Shown here in pieces: positions 1 to 10,564 of a DNA stretch of 64,000 nucleotides. Each line of letters opens with the position of its first letter. Positions within the stretch are counted from its first letter, which is position 1. The position numbers and the translations under genes were made by a program. Below the pieces are notes generated by a model. That model did not search any database. It was not told the origin of the DNA and was given only the letters and a program-made list of their open reading frames with translations. Origin of the DNA: Bdellovibrionota bacterium (GTDB taxonomy: Bacteria > Bdellovibrionota_C > UBA2361 > CALJRW01); the NCBI GenBank assembly GCA_041740355.1, contig JBGSMD010000015.1, positions 32,001 through 96,000 of the forward strand, written 5' to 3'.

Positions 1-1059
1 ACTCCAAACATCAGCCAATATCGTTTTACTCGCGCACTTTTAAATAATATTGGATTTTCCAAATCTCCCCCATATCAACAATTTGCTTTAATGAATACTG
101 GATCTGAAGCAGTATCAGTCGCGGCAAGAATCTCAGATGCTCACGCTAAGACTTTAACAGATCAAGGCAATCGTCATTTTGGAAAAGAAATAAAATACTT
201 AGCTTTAGTCGGTGGCTTTCATGGACGAACTTATGACGCCGCCCAAGCATCAAGCTCAAGTTATAAAGCGTATCAAGCTACCTTAGCTTCCTATCGAAAT
301 TCAAAAAAATTAGTAACAGTAATTCCGAACGATCTGGAATCTTTACATAAGGCTTTTGAGCAAGCAGAGAAAGATAACGTATATTTTGAAATGATGTTTA
401 TGGAGCCAGTAATGGGTGAAGGTCGTGCAGGTTTTTCCATTACTCCTGAATTTTATTCCTTAGCTCGTAAGTTAACAAAGGAACATCAAAGTTTATTATT
501 AGTAGATTCGATTCAGGCGGGACTGCGTTGTTATGGAGTTTTAAGCATTAATGATTATCCAGGCTTCGAAAAGTTAGAAGGTCCAGATTTAGAAACCTTT
601 GCCAAGGCAATTAATTGTGGACAATACCCACTGTCTGTCCTAGCTATGAATGCTTACTCTGCAAGTTTTTACAAAGCAGGTATCTACGGAAATACTATGA
701 CAGGTAATCCCCGTGGCCTAGATTTAGGATCGGCGGTTCTCGCTCAAATGACACCAGAAGTTCGAGCTAATATTATTGCCATGGGAGAAGAATTTAAAAA
801 ATCCTTATTGGCATTGCAAGTAGAATTTCCCGATATAATTGAAGAAGTCTTAGGACAAGGCCTCCTACTTTCGGCTAAAATTAATGCTAAATATCCAGTG
901 GAAGGCGAACATGGAATTGAAAATCAAATGAGATTAAATGGCGTGAATGTAATTCATAGTTCAGGTAATCGCCTTAGATTCACACCTTGGTTTTTAATTA
1001 ACAAAGAAGAAATTGATTTGATTCAATATTGCCTCAAAAAAGTAATTAAGAAACTATGA
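1..1059 (+). CDS. lat: Class III PLP aminotransferase, L-lysine 6-aminotransferase type (5'-truncated by window edge)
   Basis: Frame is open from base 1. Motifs GGFHGRT, MEPVMGEG, LLVDSIQAGLR and PLP lysine in ETFAKAIN. Overlaps the downstream ALDH7-type gene by 4 bp, as in lat-pcd pairs. Confidence 0.8.
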   Translation, partial: TPNISQYRFTRALLNNIGFSKSPPYQQFALMNTGSEAVSVAARISDAHAKTLTDQGNRHFGKEIKYLALVGGFHGRTYDAAQASSSSYKAYQATLASYRNSKKLVTVIPNDLESLHKAFEQAEKDNVYFEMMFMEPVMGEGRAGFSITPEFYSLARKLTKEHQSLLLVDSIQAGLRCYGVLSINDYPGFEKLEGPDLETFAKAINCGQYPLSVLAMNAYSASFYKAGIYGNTMTGNPRGLDLGSAVLAQMTPEVRANIIAMGEEFKKSLLALQVEFPDIIEEVLGQGLLLSAKINAKYPVEGEHGIENQMRLNGVNVIHSSGNRLRFTPWFLINKEEIDLIQYCLKKVIKKL

Positions 1060-2564
1060 ATATCAATCAATTTTTAACAGCAAAACATTTTGGAGCTTAT
1101 GGTGCGGAACCTTATGGTTTAGCAACACCAACCTTAAAATCGTTTTCACCAATCGATCACCGCTTACTAGCAACATTACCAGTTGCCTCCGCTGAGGATT
1201 ATGAAAAAGTTGTTAGTGACTTACAAAAAACTTTTCTACTTTGGAGAAGCCATCCTGCGCCGAAGCGCGGGTTAATCATCAGAGAGATTGGCGAAGAGTT
1301 GCGGCTCCTTAAAAATGAGTTAGCAGAACTAGTCAGCTTAGAAGTTGGAAAGTCCCTGGAACAGGCTAAAGGTGAAGTTCAAGAAGCAATCGATGTAATT
1401 GATTTTGCAGTAGGATTATCGCGACAGCTTTATGGCAACACGATGAAATCCGAACGTCCTGCTCATCGGATGATGGAGCAGTGGCATCCGCTTGGAATAA
1501 TTGGAGTAATCACAGCCTTTAATTTCCCAGTTGCCGTTTGGGCTTGGAACGCAATTATTGCCGCAGTTTGCGGCAATGTCATGTTCTGGAAACCGTCGGA
1601 ACTCGCGCCACTCACATCCATTGCCGTTAATAACATCGCTAATAAAATTACTAGCAAGCATGGATTCCCAGCTGTCTTTGGATTAATTATTGGAGATGGT
1701 CCGGAGCATGGTCAAAGAATTGCCGCCGATTCACGCGTAGCGCTTGTATCCGCTACTGGGTCCTGTGAGATGGGTAAATCAGTAGCCGAAACTGTAGGCA
1801 AAAGACTTGGTCGAACGCTTTTAGAACTTGGGGGAAACAATGCGATTATTGTAATGGATGATGCTGATTTAAAATTGGCTGTTCCGGCCATAGTGTTTAG
1901 TGCCGTGGCAACAGCGGGACAACGTTGTACAAGCGCTCGACGAATTTTAGTTCAAAAAAATATTCGCCTAGCATTAGAAGCAAAACTTATTGCTGCTTAT
2001 CAGCAAGTACGGATTGGAAACCCATTAGATCCAAAAACACTTATTGGACCACTAATTAATAAGAATGCTGTAAAAAATTATTTAAATACTGTCGAGCTTA
2101 GCACTGCACAGGGTGGACAGATTTTATTTGGTGGCAAAGTCTTGGAGAATTTACCTTCCGATCTTTATGTTCAACCTACTTTGATTGCGGCAAATAAAAA
2201 CATGTCGATTGTGCAAGAAGAAACTTTTGCCCCAATAGCCTATCTCATAGAGTTTAATGATTTAGCAGAAGCAATCGAATTACATAACTCCGTTCGCCAA
2301 GGTTTAAGTTCGGCAATTTTTACTACTAACTTAAAAAATGCCGAAATCTTTTTAGCTGAAGCAGGTTCGGATTGCGGTATTGCTAACGTAAATATCGGAA
2401 CATCGGGAGCAGAGATTGGAGGTGCTTTTGGTGGCGAAAAAGAAACAGGTGGTGGTCGGGAATCAGGATCCGATTCTTGGAAAAATTATATGCGACGCCA
2501 AACTAATACTATTAATTATAGTGATGAGCTTCCTCTCGCTCAGGGTATTAAATTTGAATTGTAA
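1056..2564 (+). CDS. pcd: Aldehyde dehydrogenase family 7 (piperideine-6-carboxylate / aminoadipate-semialdehyde dehydrogenase)
   Basis: ITAFNFPVAVWAWN, LLELGGNN, catalytic TAGQRCT, GAEIGGAFGGEKETGGGRESGSDSWK, and C-terminal LPLAQGIKF typical of ALDH7/AmaB. Confidence 0.9.
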   Translation: MNINQFLTAKHFGAYGAEPYGLATPTLKSFSPIDHRLLATLPVASAEDYEKVVSDLQKTFLLWRSHPAPKRGLIIREIGEELRLLKNELAELVSLEVGKSLEQAKGEVQEAIDVIDFAVGLSRQLYGNTMKSERPAHRMMEQWHPLGIIGVITAFNFPVAVWAWNAIIAAVCGNVMFWKPSELAPLTSIAVNNIANKITSKHGFPAVFGLIIGDGPEHGQRIAADSRVALVSATGSCEMGKSVAETVGKRLGRTLLELGGNNAIIVMDDADLKLAVPAIVFSAVATAGQRCTSARRILVQKNIRLALEAKLIAAYQQVRIGNPLDPKTLIGPLINKNAVKNYLNTVELSTAQGGQILFGGKVLENLPSDLYVQPTLIAANKNMSIVQEETFAPIAYLIEFNDLAEAIELHNSVRQGLSSAIFTTNLKNAEIFLAEAGSDCGIANVNIGTSGAEIGGAFGGEKETGGGRESGSDSWKNYMRRQTNTINYSDELPLAQGIKFEL

Positions 2565-2567
2565 ACT

Positions 2568-3731
2568 TTAGCGGAAAGCTGAGATTCCAGTTATACGTTC
2601 GCCAATTATCAGGGCATGAATATCATCGGTTCCTTCATAAGTTAAAACAGATTCCAAATTATTAGCATGGCGCATCGCTTGATATTCATCTGAAATTCCA
2701 TTAGCTCCTAAAATTTCTCTTGCTGTTCTGGCAATGTTAAGTGCTTCCCGCACATTATTACGCTTGGCCATCGAGACTTGTGAGTGATGCAGTAAATCTC
2801 GATCTTTTAACTTTCCAAGTTGATATACTAGACCTTGAGCTTTAGTAATTTCTGTAATCATGTCAGCTAATTTTTTTTGCACTAATTGAAATCCAGCAAT
2901 TGGCTTATCAAATTGCACCCGATTTAAAGAATAATTTAATGCTTCCTCATAACAAGCCATAGCCGCTCCAATTGCGCCCCAAGCGATTCCATAGCGTGCC
3001 TGATTTAAACATTTGAGTGGCGACTTTAACCCCATAGAATCTGGTAAAATATTTTCTTTGGGAATTAAACAATCATTAAAAACCAGTTCGCCCGTAATCG
3101 AAGCACGTAAAGACAATTTGCCTTTCATCTCAATTCCTAAAAATCCAGGAGTGCCTTTCTCTACTAAGAAGCCTCGCACTTCGCCATTTAGTTTAGCCCA
3201 AACTACTGCGACATCGGCGATCGAACCATTAGTTATCCACATCTTGGCGCCATTTAAGAGATAAGCATCATTAACTTCTTCTGCCGTCGTTATCATCCCA
3301 CTTGGATCGGAACCGTGATCAGGCTCAGTTAAACCGAAGCAACCAATCATTTCTCCAGTTGCTAAAAGTGGAAGCCACTTTAGCTTCTGTTCCTCTGAAC
3401 CAAAAGTATAAATGGGATACATAACTAAGGAACTTTGCACCGAGGCAAAACTACGAAGACCACTATCTCCCCTTTCTAACTCTTGCATGATTAAGCCATA
3501 AGCCACTGCACCAAGTCCGGCACCTCCATATTCTTCTGGTAAAGTTGAACCAAAAGCTCCAAGTGATCCAAGTTCCGCGACTATTTTTTTAGGAAAAGTT
3601 CCGGCACGATAATGCTCGGGAATAATATGCAGGATTTCTTTATCGACATAAGATCTAACCATGTCGCGAATTGAGCGCTCCTCTTCCGAAAGTAGCAGAT
3701 CAAAATTATAAAAATCAGCGCCATGAAACAT
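2568..3731 (-). CDS. gcdH: Glutaryl-CoA dehydrogenase
   Basis: ELERGDSGLRS, GCFGLTEPDHGSDP, KMWITNG, NLESVLTYEGT. ATG at 3731 follows a GAGGAG RBS. Confidence 0.9.
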   Translation of the reverse strand: MFHGADFYNFDLLLSEEERSIRDMVRSYVDKEILHIIPEHYRAGTFPKKIVAELGSLGAFGSTLPEEYGGAGLGAVAYGLIMQELERGDSGLRSFASVQSSLVMYPIYTFGSEEQKLKWLPLLATGEMIGCFGLTEPDHGSDPSGMITTAEEVNDAYLLNGAKMWITNGSIADVAVVWAKLNGEVRGFLVEKGTPGFLGIEMKGKLSLRASITGELVFNDCLIPKENILPDSMGLKSPLKCLNQARYGIAWGAIGAAMACYEEALNYSLNRVQFDKPIAGFQLVQKKLADMITEITKAQGLVYQLGKLKDRDLLHHSQVSMAKRNNVREALNIARTAREILGANGISDEYQAMRHANNLESVLTYEGTDDIHALIIGERITGISAFR

Positions 3732-3823
3732 TAGATACACTCCTCAATAAAGATGATCTCATATGTTGCTTAGAAAATGAAGCTATTATCTTTGATATCG
3801 TAATGACAAAAAATAATTTACTG

Positions 3824-3854
3824 CCTGCCTAGCCGAAGCTTCAGCGAAGGCTGG
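3824..3854 (-). repeat. REP-like ~30-bp palindromic repeat, family B
   Basis: Reverse complement ccagccttcgctgaagcttcggctaggcagg matches four other intergenic copies (consensus approximately TCCRCCTTCGCTAAAGCTTCGGCGGACAAG). Confidence 0.65.
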
Positions 3855-3933
3855 TTAGTAAATTAAACAAAGTCATTACGGCCAATGTAAATCTTGGATA
3901 AATCCCAAGTTTGCATAGCTAAAAACAACATAA

Positions 3934-3993
3934 ATAGTGAGTCCAAGCAAAATCCTTGGTTTTTTAAAGTAATTTATTTTTTGGACTCACTAT
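3934..3993. repeat. Single hairpin related to hairpin 1 of the 149-bp repeat (family A)
   Basis: Perfect 13-bp inverted repeat atagtgagtccaa...ttggactcactat resembles the atagtaagtcca...tggggcttactat arms of family A. Confidence 0.55.
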
Positions 3994-4127
3994 GTAAATC
4001 CTACTATAAATGAAACAAAGCATTTTAAAGACCTCGCTGGCTTCAAATCGACATAATTAAATACCTGCCTGTTTGACTCACTGATACACAAAATATATTA
4101 TTAGGGTAATATAAACTTGCCACTAAA

Positions 4128-4856
4128 ATGGAATTACCACTAACTAGTACATATTTTTTTGAACCAAAAAAACTGGAGATTCTTCCGACTAGAAACTATC
4201 TACCAAGTTGCCTATTAATTTCCTTTGCTGCTCATATCGCTTTATTTGCCTTCTTCTTATCTCCAGCAAAAAAGTTTCTTCTAGACGTTCCAAAAATTGC
4301 CCCGAGTTCTAGTGTTACTTTCCATATTTCACATCCAACCGTTACGATAGCTAAAACAAGCTCCCCAGTTATTAAGCAAGAATATTCTAAGCCTGTTTTG
4401 CCCAAAGCAATTACCAAGCCAGTTCCTATTCCCAGACCGGCAATTAAAGAGACCAAAGAAATCATTATTCCCGAACCACAAAGCGGAGCCTCTGAAGCGA
4501 CTTCAAGATCTACAAAAAAAGGTACTTCTGAGATTTCATCTGGGGGTATTGGACAAGTCGCATCTGAAGCAAAAACTAATTATGAAAGCGTCCTTGCTAA
4601 CTGGTTAGAGCGTTATCGTTCTTATCCTAGCCGAGCACTACGCCGAGGAATCACGGGTGAAGGACTGCTCTATGTAAAAATTAATCAAGACGGAAAAGTA
4701 TTAGAATTCAAATTAGAAAAATCTACCAACGAGCCAATGCTGGATGAAGCAATCTTTGCCATGTTAAAAAAAGCAGATCCACTTCCAGAAATTCCAGCTA
4801 TGTTTAATCTGACTCAATATGAATTTGCTGTTCCTGTTGATTTCAAAATAGACTAA
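4128..4856 (+). CDS. tonB: TonB family energy transducer
   Basis: N-terminal TM with SxxxH (SFAAH), Pro/Lys-rich spacer, C-terminal YPSRALRRGITG...LDEA TonB domain. Confidence 0.85.
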   Translation: MELPLTSTYFFEPKKLEILPTRNYLPSCLLISFAAHIALFAFFLSPAKKFLLDVPKIAPSSSVTFHISHPTVTIAKTSSPVIKQEYSKPVLPKAITKPVPIPRPAIKETKEIIIPEPQSGASEATSRSTKKGTSEISSGGIGQVASEAKTNYESVLANWLERYRSYPSRALRRGITGEGLLYVKINQDGKVLEFKLEKSTNEPMLDEAIFAMLKKADPLPEIPAMFNLTQYEFAVPVDFKID

Positions 4857-5131
4857 ACTTATTTATTTCAAAATGCCTTAGTTCAAAGTGGATACATTTT
4901 TCCAAGTAGTCATTTTAATTCTTAATTGTTTTAGGATATAGGCATTTCAGACAGAGCGACTTCCCGAATCGCGCTAACTGCATTGATCTCTTACTAGTAG
5001 ACTAATTTAAAACCGGTAATTTACAATCTCACCTGATATCTGAGCAGGTTCATTGTGGCATTGGGGAATATTTGTCATTATAGATCTAGTCTACTGTCAA
5101 AAGATCCATTTCTGATTTACAAATTATAATT

Positions 5132-5416
5132 ATGCTGAAAACTTTACTACTAAGTCTGACCTTACTATTTTCTTCTTGTGCTTACATGAATATTAAAACT
5201 CCTTTAGATACTGATGTCTCTAATACGGTGCTCGGAGATAAACAAGGATCTGCCAAAACTCACTCGATTATGTGGTTAGTTTCTTGGGGCGATGGAGGCA
5301 CGGCGGCAGCAGCGAAAGATGGCAACATTAAAAATATTACCCATTTGGATGTTAGGTACTATACGATACTTTTTGGTTTGTATGCCGAGCGAGAAACTAT
5401 TGCTTACGGCGAATAA
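5132..5416 (+). CDS. TRL-like family lipoprotein
   Basis: Lipobox (FSSC), KQGSA..HSIMWLVSWGDGGTAAAAKDGNI, C-terminal TIAYGE. Confidence 0.8.
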   Translation: MLKTLLLSLTLLFSSCAYMNIKTPLDTDVSNTVLGDKQGSAKTHSIMWLVSWGDGGTAAAAKDGNIKNITHLDVRYYTILFGLYAERETIAYGE

Positions 5417-5418
5417 GA

Positions 5419-5739
5419 ATGTTTCTAAAAAACTGCCTCGTTTTAGTGATAATATTGACTACCAGTGGCTGTACTACCGGAATTTTATATACCGATATTA
5501 CTGAGCCTTATTGTACTAACATGAATAATACACCCCTATTGGCCCAAGCGAACAGTGCCCCTCTAAAGCAAATCAGCATTCCACAAATGCCTGGTGCACG
5601 AATTAGATGGAATACCAATACAATCAATGACATTGCCAAGGAAGCAGGAATTAGCAAGATTGCTTTTTGCGATCGAAAAATTTACCGAATATTACTTGGT
5701 CTCTGGGAAGAAGATTCAATTATTGTCTATGGCGAGTAA
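5419..5739 (+). CDS. TRL-like family lipoprotein, tandem paralogue
   Basis: Lipobox (TSGC), GILYTDITEP, IAKEAGI, ILLGLW...IIVYGE. Starts 2 bp after the first TRL gene. Confidence 0.75.
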   Translation: MFLKNCLVLVIILTTSGCTTGILYTDITEPYCTNMNNTPLLAQANSAPLKQISIPQMPGARIRWNTNTINDIAKEAGISKIAFCDRKIYRILLGLWEEDSIIVYGE

Positions 5740-5791
5740 AGTATAATTATACCAATTAAGCATTACAGAGAAACTTGGTTCGCTTCAGATC

Positions 5792-6589
5792 TTAACCAAC
5801 TCGAGTAAATGTTTCCTGGTTAAAAGTCGCTAGCTGAACAATCTTATCCTTTTCCACTGGGGGCTGACATCTTGCAACAACTAAATCTAAGTGTTCTTTT
5901 AGTTCTAAAAAAAAGTGCGGAGCAAACTGATAGTTAGGTTTATACTTTAAGTCTTCACTCAGCAGAATAATTGCTTTTTCTGCATGAGTAGAAACATCTT
6001 GAATAGTTTTTCTAACTAATAGTTCAGCACTAGGGCACTCCATACTAATTTGACTACAAAGATCGATTACAGCATTTAACTGTCCCGCATTATTCGATTT
6101 AAATAATTTATAAGCAGCAAACTCCGTTAGTAATCCGAGCATTTCAGCTAATTCTGGCATTACCTTACTTAAATCTGTACCTTCAGGAAATAGTTGTTTT
6201 ACGTTAGGCAATTTACAAGCAGCATCTTTCCATTCTAAATCAGGATTTAAATCGACCAAGACTCCACAAGCAATGTAGCCTGCTCCTAGTAGTTGATCTC
6301 GATGAGTACGACTAATTTGATAGGCTTGATCCTCTAATTGACTGGTCAAGAGTGGTAAGCCTGCTTCCCGCATATTATTAAAAATAGAAAAGTTTCTTAG
6401 ATCAACTTCTGAAAAACTTTTTTGTAAATTAATATAGGCTCTTAAATCAGCAGGACTGTAAGTAAGACAGTCGGGGGCAATTGTTTTCAGGTTATTATCA
6501 GGCAAGGGCAAAGAGATGGTGGATTCCTCCTCCCTTCGAGAACGACGATCGATTACTGCATATTCTCGCTCGGCTATTAATGCTGGCAT
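5792..6589 (-). CDS. Hypothetical protein
   Basis: 265-aa ORF with ATG start filling an intergenic gap; no recognised motif. Confidence 0.6.
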   Translation of the reverse strand: MPALIAEREYAVIDRRSRREEESTISLPLPDNNLKTIAPDCLTYSPADLRAYINLQKSFSEVDLRNFSIFNNMREAGLPLLTSQLEDQAYQISRTHRDQLLGAGYIACGVLVDLNPDLEWKDAACKLPNVKQLFPEGTDLSKVMPELAEMLGLLTEFAAYKLFKSNNAGQLNAVIDLCSQISMECPSAELLVRKTIQDVSTHAEKAIILLSEDLKYKPNYQFAPHFFLELKEHLDLVVARCQPPVEKDKIVQLATFNQETFTRVG

Positions 6590-6884
6590 ATTTGCGGGAC
6601 AAAAACGACTTAAATTTGAAACTAACGGTAATTTGGATGTTAAGATAGCCCTAAGGATTTAATATTTAAAAATTAATTTTGATCTATTCTAAATAACTAA
6701 AGTAACTGACTAATATAAATTTAATATAATTCTAGAAAAATAATCTTTTGATCTTCTCTCCCTTACGTTTTTTCAGTAGTCTGAATCGAAAGCTAGCTAG
6801 CAAAAACCTAGTCGAACAATCTTTCCTAAATCAAATCTTTACTAGAACATTCATTCTAGATAGTTCTTATTTTTCACTCAGACT

Positions 6885-8015
6885 ATGAAACTCTCCACAA
6901 AATTCTTCTCATTTCTGATTCAAATACTCACATTTATAAGCCTTTCCCCAGTTTTAGGACTTACTCAAGTTCCAGATAATACTTTTAGTTCTGAGAATCA
7001 GACTTTTAGCTGGAAGACCATTATTAAAGACCCTGATGTCATTTGGGGAATGGATTTCCTTTCACCAGAAGAGTTAATTTACAGTACCAAACAGGGTAAA
7101 ATTAAGATTGTAAATTTAACTAGCAAAACAATTAAATCACTTGCGGGAGTCCCTGAAATTAATATCTTAGGACAAGGTGGCCTGTTAGATCTCCGTTATC
7201 ATCCGGAATCAAAATATTTATATTTTACCTATGCTAAGAAAAATCTTTTCGGCAAACATACTACAGTCTTAGGAAGAGGTAAGATCAAAGACTCTGAGTT
7301 ATTTAATCATGAAAATCTATTAATTGCTGACGCCTACAGTACTCATGGAGAACACTTTGGGTCGCGAATTGAATTTCAAGATCAATACCTATTTTTTTCA
7401 ATTGGAGATCGTGGACTGCGTGATGAAGCACAAAATTTAGCACTACATAACGGAAAGATTTTAAGGTTAACATTGAATGGCAAAGTACCTAAAGATAATC
7501 CTTTTCAAAAAGATTCTTTCGCCAAAGCAGAAATCTGGAGCTACGGTCATCGCAATCCTCAGGGGCTTGCGCTTAATCCAGTTACTAAGGAACTTTGGGA
7601 AGCTGAGTTTGGTCCCCAAGGTGGCGATGAAATTAATCTGATCTCAGCAGGAAAAAATTATGGTTGGCCAAAAATTACATATGGCGAAGAATATGGTGGA
7701 GGAAAAATCTCCGAAACTTCCGCGCTTGGCATGGAACAGCCAATCAAATATTGGGTCCCTTCTATTTCCCCCTCTGGCATTTCTTTCTACAATCATGACC
7801 GCATTCCTAACTGGAAAGGTAATTTATTTATGTCAACTCTTAGTGGACAACATCTAAGACGTCTTGTGATTAAAGATAATAAAGTTATTCGGGAGGAAAG
7901 TTTACTTCACAATTTAGGAATTCGTTTTCGCTGTATTCGAATAGCGCCAGATGGCCGATTATTTGTCTCCACAGATGATGGGCAAATTATCATAATTGCT
8001 AACCTTAATTCATAA
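6885..8015 (+). CDS. PQQ-dependent sugar (aldose) dehydrogenase, GSDH family
   Basis: Signal peptide; GQGGLLD, HFGSRI, HNGKILRL, IWSYGHRNPQG, GGDEIN, GKNYGWP. Confidence 0.9.
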   Translation: MKLSTKFFSFLIQILTFISLSPVLGLTQVPDNTFSSENQTFSWKTIIKDPDVIWGMDFLSPEELIYSTKQGKIKIVNLTSKTIKSLAGVPEINILGQGGLLDLRYHPESKYLYFTYAKKNLFGKHTTVLGRGKIKDSELFNHENLLIADAYSTHGEHFGSRIEFQDQYLFFSIGDRGLRDEAQNLALHNGKILRLTLNGKVPKDNPFQKDSFAKAEIWSYGHRNPQGLALNPVTKELWEAEFGPQGGDEINLISAGKNYGWPKITYGEEYGGGKISETSALGMEQPIKYWVPSISPSGISFYNHDRIPNWKGNLFMSTLSGQHLRRLVIKDNKVIREESLLHNLGIRFRCIRIAPDGRLFVSTDDGQIIIIANLNS

Positions 8016-8272
8016 GTATCCCTAATTATTTGGCTTTTAATAATAATAGCTTAGTTTTGCACCGAAAATACCCCAAAATAATCCTAATAAAGTCGATATC
8101 TCTAACTTTCGCGATCTTCGTATTGCAGTTATAATGCAAATAGAAATCTAAGCGATTGTTGCTTAGGTCTCAGGTTTTTTACTTAGGTCTCCGACAAATA
8201 AATTTAGAATTGATTGCACTGATGTGATCTATTCTAATAACCTTGGTCAAGGATTTAGATAAAGGTTTTATC

Positions 8273-9697
8273 ATGAAAATACTTAAACAACTCATCTTCG
8301 GATTAATCCCATTAATTGCTAACTTGGCCTACTCGGCACCAATTGATTACAATAATGATTCTTTTTCCGACCCTTCTGCCGTTACTGTGGAAAGTAAATT
8401 AAAATGGCTTTCAATTATCGATAATCAAAACGAAACTGTAATCGACTCCTTTGGTAAAGCTGGACAACATCTTGTCCCTGGCAAGTACAATTCACGAAAA
8501 ACCCAACCTGCAACTGTAGATTCTAGTGGTGTGTGGAGAATTAGCGATGAATCAAGTATTAACTTTGGAGATAGTGATTCAGTGTTTATCGCCGGTGCCG
8601 ACTTTGATGGTGACGATCGCACTGACCTAGCATACTCGTCTAATGCTTGCCTGAATGTTAAATCAAATTTTAGTATTTTAACAAATCCACTTGGAGAAAA
8701 TCCAATATATCGAGAATTCTCTTCAATTCGCGGCTCATACTTTAAAACCTACTTAGATTCTAATAACGATAATATCGATGAACTATGTTCCTTGATCCCT
8801 GTTAGGATTGCTCGACAATTTACTAATAAATTTAAGATTCGCTGCACTAATATTATAACAAGTTCCAAGAGTGTTAGCTTTAATTTGGGGCAAGTATTTA
8901 ACGCTCCAATTCGCGTCAAAGTAAAGAATCAAGCAGATCTCCTAATGATCTATACTCAGACTGCCAGTAAGACTAGAATCAGACTTCTAAACACACGTGG
9001 CCAGACAATAAGTAAAGCTGTGATTGAGGCAAATGGCACGATTGTCGTGGGCAATTTTACTTCTCAAGATTCTGAACAAATTGCTGTAGTGAAAGATGGA
9101 GTCGGAAAGGTATTTGATATTTTAACTCAGACTACTACCGATCTTGCTTTTCCAGATGGTATTCCATACGACCAAGTTAATATTATAAACTTTCAAGACA
9201 ATCAGGATTGTTTCTGTACTTCTCGTACTATTAATCAAAATGGGAATTGCAAAGGAAGCACTAAAAATCCTCAGGTTCCACCAGTAGAAGAAGTTAAGGA
9301 ATATTATATCCCTGACAACTGTAGTAATCCTCCAGAATATATCACTCCAAACGATGGTTTTAAGTGTATTGCTAGCGCCACTAGAAATGGAAGCATTGTC
9401 TGTATTTTACCTTACCAGTTTACCTGGGAACCTCGTCGTAATATTACTGATCATCATGGTTATACTTTTGGATGTAATAAAAATGATGAGCATTTCGATA
9501 AAGTAGAACTTGTTTTAAAAACGGGTGAGCGTATTCCCTTAGCTTTTGCTTACTGTGCTAACTATGTAGCTACTGCTGATGGACCAATTGGTCGACAGCA
9601 CTTTCGAAATGAAAACTATCAATGGAATAGTGTTGCCAATAGGGTTGTCACTTTAGAAATGGTCAAAGGCAATAAAAAAACTTGTTTGAAGTTTTAA
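8273..9697 (+). CDS. Secreted protein with FG-GAP/VCBS-like Ca-binding loops and a Cys-rich C-terminal domain
   Basis: Signal peptide from ATG 8273; DYNNDSFSD, DFDGDDRTD and DSNNDNIDE loops; many C-terminal Cys. Confidence 0.7.
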   Translation: MKILKQLIFGLIPLIANLAYSAPIDYNNDSFSDPSAVTVESKLKWLSIIDNQNETVIDSFGKAGQHLVPGKYNSRKTQPATVDSSGVWRISDESSINFGDSDSVFIAGADFDGDDRTDLAYSSNACLNVKSNFSILTNPLGENPIYREFSSIRGSYFKTYLDSNNDNIDELCSLIPVRIARQFTNKFKIRCTNIITSSKSVSFNLGQVFNAPIRVKVKNQADLLMIYTQTASKTRIRLLNTRGQTISKAVIEANGTIVVGNFTSQDSEQIAVVKDGVGKVFDILTQTTTDLAFPDGIPYDQVNIINFQDNQDCFCTSRTINQNGNCKGSTKNPQVPPVEEVKEYYIPDNCSNPPEYITPNDGFKCIASATRNGSIVCILPYQFTWEPRRNITDHHGYTFGCNKNDEHFDKVELVLKTGERIPLAFAYCANYVATADGPIGRQHFRNENYQWNSVANRVVTLEMVKGNKKTCLKF

Positions 9698-9729
9698 ATC
9701 CTTAAAGATAAGTAAGTAATTGTGGATTG

Positions 9730-9766
9730 CTGAGTTATAAGGAAACTATACTGCCTTGTAACTCAG
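9730..9766 (+). terminator. Stem-loop, probable terminator of the 8273-9697 gene
   Basis: ctgagttataagg...ccttgtaactcag followed by tgttt, ~30 bp after the stop codon. Confidence 0.45.
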
Positions 9767-9770
9767 TGTT

Positions 9771-9914
9771 TATAGTAAGCCACAAAAAGTAATTTCCTTT
9801 GGGAATTACTTTTTGGGGCTTACTATCCCCCGGAGGGATAATAAAATCATATAGTTATGACAAAAAACAAAACTTACTTTAAACATTCGAAAAATACTTT
9901 TTTTCATAACTATA
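9771..9914 (+). repeat. Double-hairpin dispersed repeat (family A, REPIN/MITE-like), copy 1, more diverged
   Basis: atagtaag...cttactat-ccccc-spacer-tagttatgacaaaaa...ttttcataacta; aligns with 18758-18906 and the reverse complement of 29757-29905. Confidence 0.85.
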
Positions 9915-10384
9915 TTCACACAGCTATTATCAGTCCTATATCTAAATTGTAACTTAGATCTAACCTAATATATCTCGTAAAGTCTCACTGTTTTTTGTTG
10001 ATGGAAAAGGCAAAAAGTTTATCAATAAATTTATGCCGATTACTAAACACTTTAACGGAATGTTTATTCTTCTAATTATTAACTACTTTTTGGGCACAAT
10101 CATTGCTTAAAGGCTTTATATCTAGATATTAAAAGCGAATATAATTTCTAAATACTAACCGTTAAAATCTTTCAAATATCAAAAAAAATTATTAAAATTT
10201 CTTGTTTATTATTATATAATAAACAAGTTATGGGTTTTTCATGTATGGTCTTCAACAAAGTAAATACTTTGTTATTTATGTATCGAATAAATTGGGCGGA
10301 AATCAATCTAATTTAATTAAGCAAAAGAAAAGCTTGAATATTTAAGAATTGTTTTTTGAAATAGTGATTATTAACTTTGGAGGC

Positions 10385-10564
10385 ATGATGAAAAAAAGGA
10401 ATTCCAATAGTATTCAAACCAAACTTATCTGGAAAGATTACTCCCCCAGAGAACTATACGAATTGTCAGTACGCATGATGGAGGAGAGGATTGCTATTAA
10501 TCGACACAATCGAATTATCAGTAATTTCAGTGATAATAACACCACAAAATATCGAGCCTCATAG
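10385..10564 (+). CDS. Small hypothetical protein
   Basis: GGAGG RBS just before ATGATG at 10385; 59 codons; no recognised family. Confidence 0.45.
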   Translation: MMKKRNSNSIQTKLIWKDYSPRELYELSVRMMEERIAINRHNRIISNFSDNNTTKYRAS

